Both the position numbers and the translations under genes were made by a program. A DNA stretch of 64,000 bases from Acutalibacteraceae bacterium (GTDB taxonomy: Bacteria > Bacillota > Clostridia > Oscillospirales > Acutalibacteraceae). Below, in pieces: positions 43,854 through 50,800 of this stretch. Under the pieces are notes generated by a model. It searched no databases, had not been told where the DNA came from, and saw nothing but the letters and a program-made list of their open reading frames with translations. Every line of letters begins with the position of its first letter. Position 1 is the stretch's first letter. Location: contig JAZNGB010000042.1 in the NCBI GenBank assembly GCA_045576275.1, forward strand, positions 26,882 through 90,881. The letters run 5' to 3'.

Positions 43854-44279
43854 TCAGAATGTTTTATGCAAGATTTTGTTGAGTCTCTTCTCGGCAATTT
43901 TGACAGAAGCTACCACAATTCCCCAAATCGCAAAGAAACCGACTACAAAAATGCCTGTGAAAATAAACACCACCATTTTTTCAAACGGAATCCACGAATT
44001 GAGCAGATAGCAGCCGACATAGGCAGCATACAAGCTCAGAAAATGGAAGAATACCGATTTTACCGTTGACCAATGCTCAATCTGCTCAAATACGGTCGAG
44101 CCTGCCTGCATGAATGCGAGCAGGTAGGTGGATACCACACCGAGCAATATCTGCACTGCGGTGATTGAAAATGAAGCATCAGCCGCTTCAATGCAAGCCA
44201 GCACAATGCCGAGAATGATCGGTCCGAAGCCGCCGAACAGTAAGCCTCTGTGCATAAATTCTTTTACATAACGATTCAT
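43854..44279 (-). CDS. DUF3021-family membrane protein
   Basis: Four TM segments, N-terminus KEFMHRGLLFGGFGPIILGIV. It is 4-nt overlapped with the upstream LytTR gene, which is a known conserved pair. Confidence 0.7.
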   Translation of the reverse strand: MNRYVKEFMHRGLLFGGFGPIILGIVLACIEAADASFSITAVQILLGVVSTYLLAFMQAGSTVFEQIEHWSTVKSVFFHFLSLYAAYVGCYLLNSWIPFEKMVVFIFTGIFVVGFFAIWGIVVASVKIAEKRLNKILHKTF

Positions 44280-44713
44280 TTTTTCAAACCCATCCTTTCT
44301 TTGATGTTTTTTAAGTTTCGCCGTGACACATAATCGCAGAAGCCGTTTTGTAATGTGACCGACAGCGTACCCGTCAGCCCTGTGTCAAACCGCGCGATTT
44401 TGGCAATGTTAATAATGCAAGACTGATTGATTTTGACGAAATTGCGCGGCAGCCGTTCTTCAATTTTATACAGCCTGTTTTTTGTCAACAGTTTTTCTTT
44501 GTCTGTGCAGGCAAAAACGCGGTCATTTTCCACCGTGAAACAGTAAACATCTGTTATTTGCAACGGTATGGCCGTTTCGTTTCTGTACCCCATCAAAGGC
44601 TCATTTTCGCTGTTGATAAGCTGCTCGATTGCGTCTGTCAATGCACTTTTATGTTGTGCATATACGATGACTTCTTCTTCATGCTGTGTGCCGATATGCA
44701 GTGTGAGTTTCAT
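44276..44713 (-). CDS. LytTR-family DNA-binding protein with no receiver domain
   Basis: Start taken at MKLTLHIG. LytTR core DVYCFTVENDRVFACTDKEKL....RLYKIEERLP.NFVKINQSCIINI. Confidence 0.8.
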   Translation of the reverse strand: MKLTLHIGTQHEEEVIVYAQHKSALTDAIEQLINSENEPLMGYRNETAIPLQITDVYCFTVENDRVFACTDKEKLLTKNRLYKIEERLPRNFVKINQSCIINIAKIARFDTGLTGTLSVTLQNGFCDYVSRRNLKNIKERMGLKK

Positions 44714-44824
44714 GAAATTCCCCCTTGCAATACCATCATACAAAGTCGCACAGCAATTTGCAAGCATTTTGAGCCAAGCGGTCGTTTACCGGTTTTATTC
44801 GGCAAATTATGTGCAACAGTATAC

Positions 44825-44866
44825 AAAAAAAGCCCCGAACGGACTTCTTCGTTTCCGTTCGGGGCT
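44825..44866 (-). terminator. Rho-independent terminator of the giant LRR gene
   Basis: 13-bp stem agccccgaacgga / tccgttcggggct with a minus-strand T-run. Confidence 0.85.
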
Positions 44867-44892
44867 TTGCCATGTATTGTGGGTTATGCAGC

Positions 44893-47800
44893 TTAATGTT
44901 CTGCAACCTTGGCAAGCCATTGCGCAGGATCTTCCAGATTGACCGCCGCACGCAGAATCAATCGTGCATCCGCAGCATCGACTTTGCCACTTCCATCCAC
45001 ATCGGCTGCAATATTCTGAAGGATAGTAAATTCTTCCAATGAAACTGCATTTCGCAATGTGCTTCTTGCATCCGAAGAGCTAACAGAACCGTCACCCTTT
45101 ACCTCACCGTCACCGTCAACATCTCCCAATGCCACAATATAGTATTGCGTTCCATCTTCAAATGTCATTACTGCCCCCGTGCCGATATAATCATCAGCAG
45201 CTAGCGGTTTGCCGTTTTTGTCAATGAACACAACACCGTCACCTTGTGAAACAAGATCGGCAATATGCAGATACGGCAAGCAAATAACGATATTATTTCT
45301 CAGAATTGCCTTGTCACTATCTGTAAATTTTCTTTCCAGTTTTTCAAGGATTTCTGTTTTTTCTGCTTTGCAAAGCAAACAGATAAATCTTATTGTGCCT
45401 TCTGTATCATAGGTCGGTTCTTTAATCACAGTGCCGATATCCCATGTATGTGTACCGATTGCAGGAATTGTACATCCCTGTAAAACAACCGTGTTGCAGG
45501 CGAGACAATACAAATCTCCGGTATATCCGTCTTCCAAACAAGAAACAGTCTTAGTGCCGCGAAGTTCCGTATTGCCACCATGGATTGAATAATCATAATT
45601 GGTTTCAACGGTGAACATGTCTCCGCAACCTGCACACAAATATACGTTGTAACCGTTTGATATGCACGTGCCGGGAACGGTATATAACAATTCGCCCGTA
45701 ATGTGTTTATCCGGCTCTGTTCTCAAGGAAGCGGACACAGGAAGACGTTTGCCGTTGAAGCACAATTCACCGGAAATTTCCAAATCAAGATGATGATTCA
45801 GCAATCTTGCATCATCTGCAGATAATGTGAATGTTAACAACTTGAACTCATCGGAATTTACAACACATTGATAATCAGCGTTTGAATCTGCCAGGAATTC
45901 TTCTGCGGTCCACAGGGACTCCCTGAAATACCCCACATGTTGCATGTCATAATTCCACACGGAGTAAATACTATTATGTACAGACTTATCAACATTTTTC
46001 GCATCTTCTGCGATGGTGATTGTTTTAACAGTGAGAATATCATTATGATCTGTAAGTGTAAGATCCCATGAGGTTAAGCCGACACAGTCAATCAGCTCAA
46101 CAAGGATAGTTATGCTGTTATCGCTTTGGTTTGCGATTTGACTGATTCTGACCGATCCTTGCGGTTCAGCAGTTGTAAATGACGTATGTTCAACCGGCCA
46201 ATCTGCTGTATTTTCCAGACCGATTGCACCGCGTAAAATGTAGCGTGCATCTTCCGGTGTGATTTTTCCGTCGATTTCAATTTCTGCACAATATTTCTGC
46301 ACTTCAGTAAAGGGTTCCAATCCGACAATATATTGCATTGCCTGTCTGGAATCCGCTGCGGTAATTCTGCCATCGCCGTCTATATCACCGAGTAATGTGC
46401 CTGCAGGGATGACAACACCCTGTTTCAGCAGTTGGTTGCAAACGCTGCAATAAATGTCTCCCGTATATCCGTCCTCAGTATCTGTCGGAGCCTTCTTGTT
46501 GCGTAGCTCTTCGGTATGCTCCGTCTTCGGAATGACAGACTGTGCTACAAGAATCAATCCGCAATCGGTACATTTTTTACCTTCTGTCAGACCTGTTTCA
46601 CTGCAAGTTGCTGCAACTGCCGCCAATGTGGTTGTATTTTCATGACGACAATAAGCGTTGACATAAATGATAATTGTAATGTTGATCGATATATTTATGC
46701 CAATAGTGATTTTGTTCCATTCTTGTTGCGTACCGGCATATTTGATCTGTGTCAGATGATCGCAATAATCGAACGCATAATCTCCAATGTGCACAACCGA
46801 TATAGGCATAATAATGATCGTCAGATGGATACAGTAAGCAAATGCACCGATGCTGATATGCGTTACCGTATTCGGAATGGTAAAGGATGTGTTTGTTTTG
46901 CCACCGGGATAATAAATCAGATTGGTTTGATTTTTATTGTACAATACACCGTTCGCATCTGTTGAGAAGTAAAGATTCAGATGGTGAACAATAATAATCT
47001 CAAGTCTGATACAGTTGTAGAATACAAAATCACCCAATTGAGAAACATTTTGTCCGATTGTAATATTAATCAGGGCTGTACAGTTTCCAAAAGCTTTGTC
47101 ACCGATTTGTGTTACACTGTTCGGAATAACGATTACAACGATGCTGATACAATTATAGAACGCGGAACTGCCAATGATGGTAACATTGGAACCAAGTGTT
47201 ACCTCTACAAGAGAGGAACAGTTTCCGAATGCACCCGTGCCGATAACGGTAACACTGTTCGGAATGATGATAACCGTGATGTTGATACAGTTGTAGAACG
47301 CATATGCGGATATTGTATGGACCTTTTTACCCAAGGTAATATTGATAAGACCCGTACAATTTCCGAAAGCACGCTCACCGATCACAGTTACAGAATCGGG
47401 AATTACGATGACCGTTATGCTGACACAATTATAGAAAGCAAAACCGGAAATACTTGTAATTCCGCTGCCCAATGTAACATTTACCAGGGCTGTACAATTT
47501 TCAAAAGCATTGCTGCCGATGATTGTAACACTGTCTGCAATAACAATGGTTACAATGGTCTTACAGCCATAGAACATATAGTTACCGATTCTGGTGATTC
47601 CTTCACTGATGACCACTTTTGTAATATTGTACTGATTGAAGAAGGCGGTATCTTTGGTAAAGTCAGGCAACATACCGACGCCTGTAATCACCAAGGTGCC
47701 GTCGGAAAGAATTTGCCATGTTTGTCCGGTAACAAATTTTCCGCTGTTGATATACTTATAATGTCGTTCGGCATTCAATAAACAAGAATTATAGCTGCCG

Positions 47801-50800
47801 ATTTCAATCTTATTCCATTCTGCTTCGCCACCGTTGTAATATACATCTTTCAGGTTATTACAACCGTAAAACGCTTCTGTATCGATTGTTCTGAGTCCGC
47901 TGCCTATTGAAATGCTGATCAGTGAAATGCAGTTAAAGAATGCAGATGAACCGATTTCTCTGACAGCATCCGGCAGAATGATTTCTGTCAGAGCCGAGCA
48001 ACCGCTGAATGCGGAATAAGAAATAACCGTAACCGTGTCGGCAATTGTTACAGATTGCAGATGTTTGCAATTGCCGAATGCAAAATAAGAAATTGAAACA
48101 ACACCGTTCGGAACGACAAATGTTGCATCGGTCTTTCCGAGGGGATAGCAGATGAGTACAGTTTTGTTCTTATCATAAAGTACGCCGTACAAAGAACTGT
48201 ATTTTGCGTTGGTTTCTGCAACAGTGATATCGGTCAAGGATTCGCAGCCATAGAACACAGTCGAACCGATCATGATAACACTTGCCGGAATAAAGATGCT
48301 TTTCAATGCAGAACAGCAATAGAATGCAGAATTGCCGATGGTTTTCAAACCGTCGGGAAGTGTAATGCTGACGAGTGAGGAACATCCGCTGAATGCCGAA
48401 TAACCGATTGCAGTCACCGTTGATGCAATGCTGACAGATGTAACAGCCGAGCAGCCGATAAATGCCATTCTTCCAATTGTGGTAACGCCATCTTCAATGA
48501 TAATTTTTTTAATCGAAGTGCGATAATTGTACCAGGGAATAGCTGAAAATGAAACATAATCGTCCATAGCACCCATACCGGAAATAACAAGCGTACCGCT
48601 GGCTGTCAGTTTCCATGTGACATTTGTTCCACAACTGCCGGAGTCGGAAATGATATCATCATTTCCTGGAATGCCGACTTCTTCATAATATCTCTGTGCA
48701 CCCGGATGCAACGGAACAGCACCCACCGCAGTTGCATTTGCAATATCCATTTGTGCTGCACGCGGGTGAATGGAAGTGTTGCCGGCAACTTTTTCCCAAA
48801 GTCCTTTTGTGATTTCATACACCTGTTCTTCAGGCATGTCGTTGGAAACAACGAAAGTAGCCATGATGGAAACAGTGTTTACGGGTTCGGTAACGAATGC
48901 ATAATCCTTATCGGTCATTTCGTGCTTTGCATAGAAGCTGTACTGCTCCTGAAGGTTAGCAATAACGTCTTCGCCGAGTTCAACAACAACAACATCAGTG
49001 GAAGTTGCAAGTTCGGTGATGGCGGTGGTGGGAGTACCTGCAGTGATGAAAGCAGCATCGATGGAACCGTCTTTCAGCTGGGTAGCACTGTCACCGAAGG
49101 AAGCAGTAATCTTGTTGATATCTGTATCAATGTCAAGACCGGCAGCAGCAAGGATCTGGGTTGCATTGTAGTAAACACCGGAGCCGATGTCGCCGACAGC
49201 AACGTTCTTGCCTGCAAGGTCAGCAACGGAAGTGATACCGGAAGCCTTGGTAGCGATGAGCTGGCAGACTTCAGGATATACACAAGCAACAGCAGAGAAG
49301 GAAGTGATGGGAGTTTCAAAGCCGTTGGTGCCGTTGTAAGCATAGTTCATAACGTCGTTCTGAACGATAGCCATCTTGATGTCGCCGTCTTCGATCATTT
49401 CGATGTTGACCTGAGAGCCGCCGGTGGAAAGGATTTCAAACTTGTAATTGTCAGTGCCGAGGATCTGACCAACAGCAGTGGTGAATGCATAGTAGGTGCC
49501 GGTTGTGCCGCCGGTACCAGTTCTGACGGGGGATACATAATCCACATTCGTGAAAAACAGAGTTTCTTTTGTCTCGCCGCAAAGCGTACAGGTGTAGGTT
49601 TTAACTCCTGCCTTGTTGTAGGTCGGTTCAATTGTGACAACACCGTCATTCCATATGTGTGCATCATTAACTGGCAATGATACCGTTTTGGTTTTTTTGC
49701 AGATGGTGCAGGTATATACTTTGATACCTTCGGTGATGCAACTCGGCTGAACTTTGATGACACCGTCATTCCAAACATGTTCACACGCCTCAACATAAGA
49801 ACCAAAATGAATTTCAGCATTCAGTAACGAATTATTGTAATCGTTTATCAAAACAACATCCCAGTTAACTGCCGAGCCTTCATAATACACATCCGCAAGT
49901 GCACTACAGCCATAAAAAGCATAATAATCTATTGTTTTTACGCTGATGGGAATGCTGACGGATGCCAGAGATGTGCAATTAGAAAATACAGCCCGATTGA
50001 TGATTGTCATTTTATTGGGAATCGTAACGGTAGCCAACGATGTGCAACCGTAGAAAGCTGAAGATCCAATGCTCGTCACATTGCTCGGAATATCAATCGA
50101 TGCGAGTGAAGTGCAGCCGGAAAATGTTGCATCTCTGATGCTCGTCACATTGCTCGGAATATCAATCGATGCGAGTGAAGTGCAACCGTAGAATGCTGAA
50201 GACCCAATGTTTGTCACATTGCTTGGAATATCAATCGATGTGAGTGAAGTGCAACCGGAGAATGCTGAAGACCCAATGTTTGTCACATTGCTTGGAATAT
50301 CAATCGACTTGAGTGAAGTGCAACCGGAGAATGCTGAATATCCAATGCTTGTCACATCGCTCGGAATATGGACGGTGACAAGTGCAATGCATCCGGAAAA
50401 TACATTCTCGTTAATACTTGTAATGCTATTCGGCAGGTTGATTGATGTTAGTGATGAGCAACCCGAGAAAGCATTTTGCCCAATGTTTTTCACACTATTC
50501 GGAATGTCGATATGCGTTATTGCTGCATTATTGTGAAAAGCATATTGCTTGATTTGTGTTACACTATTGGGAATATTGAGCTTTGTTACAATTATGTTGT
50601 TCAAATATAAATAGTGTGCATTCGACAAAGGATTTGCAAACTCATTCAAGAATGCAATATTGCACCATGCTGCCAAATTCGTAATGTATACAGCCTTCAA
50701 CGAAGAGCAGTTTTCAAAAGCGGAATATCCGATGTTTGTCACACTGCTTGGGACAGAAACCGAAGTAATTGATGCACAGTTTTTAAATGCAAAATTATTT

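Noticed and set aside
50040-50385. Regularly spaced near-identical 69-bp repeats that look superficially CRISPR-like
   Set aside because: The repeats are contiguous with no unique spacers. The period is a multiple of 3, and they lie in frame inside a long ORF encoding 23-aa leucine-rich repeats. No cas genes or leader are present.
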